Positions 63,373 to 64,000 of a DNA stretch of 64,000 bases are shown in pieces (positions within the stretch are counted from its first letter, which is position 1; each line of letters begins with the position of its first letter). The notes beneath the pieces were generated by a model. That model worked only from the letters and a program-made list of their open reading frames with translations, did no database searches and had not been told where the DNA came from. The stretch covers positions 320,001 to 384,000 of the forward strand of contig CAWGMQ010000005.1 in assembly GCA_963823665.1 (NCBI GenBank), in the 5' to 3' direction. Both the position numbers and the translations under genes were made by a program. Source of the stretch: an uncultured Planctomycetota bacterium (GTDB lineage: Bacteria > Planctomycetota > Planctomycetia > Isosphaerales > Isosphaeraceae).

Positions 63373-64000
63373 TCAGAAGGTTGGAATGGATTCCGGCGGC
63401 ACACCGAGCTTCTTCTCAATCAGGCGAAGCGACTTGTCGCGCGGCGCGTGATCCAGACCTTGCTCGATTCGACTGATCGTTCTGGCCGAAATCTCTGGTT
63501 CAAAGTCGGATTGTCTGAGCCCTCTCTGCTTCCGCAGCCGTCTCAGGCAAGCCCCGAACGACGAGTTGTTGTCCCTGCGCGACGCATTCGACCGATGCCG
63601 GAAATCCGGATCGATCTCGTACAAGATCGATTCAGTCGACGCTTCGTGGCGGCCAAGTCGAAGCGTCTGGCCGCAATCGATAACCTCGACGTCGTCGAAA
63701 GTTGGGCGCTCGACGGAAGGGAAATTGGTGAAGAAGTCGAACGGCAGCGTCGTCTGTGAGAAGTCCCCCCGAACCAGCGTAATTCCTCTCGCGTTCGTGT
63801 CAACTGCCGAGCCGATGAAGAAGTCCCTTGGCGTCGAAGCTGAAAAGATCTCAGCCAGATCGGGTACGTCCAAAAACCGATAGTTCGACACCTCACCGAC
63901 TACACGAGCAAAGCGTCCCTTCAGCATTGGCAACGTTTCCGGACGTGGCGCGGTCAATAACAGCAAACGCCCCAATTCCCTCGGACGGCGCCTCCGACTC
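63373..64000 (-). CDS. XRE-family HTH protein with an N-terminal DUF2442-like region (5' end outside window)
   Basis: C-terminal SFGACLRRLRKQRGLRQSDF...ISARTISRIEQG; frame open to the window edge. Confidence 0.72.
   Translation of the reverse strand, partial: SRRRRPRELGRLLLLTAPRPETLPMLKGRFARVVGEVSNYRFLDVPDLAEIFSASTPRDFFIGSAVDTNARGITLVRGDFSQTTLPFDFFTNFPSVERPTFDDVEVIDCGQTLRLGRHEASTESILYEIDPDFRHRSNASRRDNNSSFGACLRRLRKQRGLRQSDFEPEISARTISRIEQGLDHAPRDKSLRLIEKKLGVPPESIPTF

Overview
GC-rich bacterial DNA, very probably Planctomycetota of the Isosphaera/Singulisphaera type. This is inferred from a DUF1559 prepilin-like gene, a PVC-type CxxCH dehydrogenase, giant ECF sigma factors with C-terminal extensions and tandem DUF1080. 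Core or housekeeping-type genes (xseA/xseB, rhamnose-type ABC transporter, rpe, asnS, signalling and envelope proteins) flank a decayed accessory zone at about 4.5-24.4 kb. That zone holds three IS elements (IS1634, IS4/IS50-like, IS1182), a RAYT-type HUH transposase remnant, several toxin-antitoxin genes or remnants, scrambled LamG/TPR fragments and several GTAG-type REP families. A second small accessory block follows asnS. Main observations: (1) four same-strand copies of a GTAGTGCCAAGGGCT(GAAG) motif, two of them a perfect 22-mer, divide the left accessory zone into cargo modules, like att sites of a cassette-accretion system with no integrase in view; (2) a compact multi-hairpin, terminator-ended candidate ncRNA or leader at 8395-8510 inside the first module; (3) an uncharacterised PD-(D/E)XK-like plus helical/OB-like gene pair after asnS; (4) a coupled pair of RlaP-like nucleotidyltransferases; (5) a pseudokinase-kinase-SRPBCC-DUF5939-pseudocyclase protein; (6) REP insertions that duplicate a gene junction or serve as IS targets. 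Many 1-2 bp frameshifts, some in homopolymer or dinucleotide runs, suggest assembly errors, so frameshift-based pseudogene calls are tentative. All family assignments come from motif recognition by eye, not database searches.
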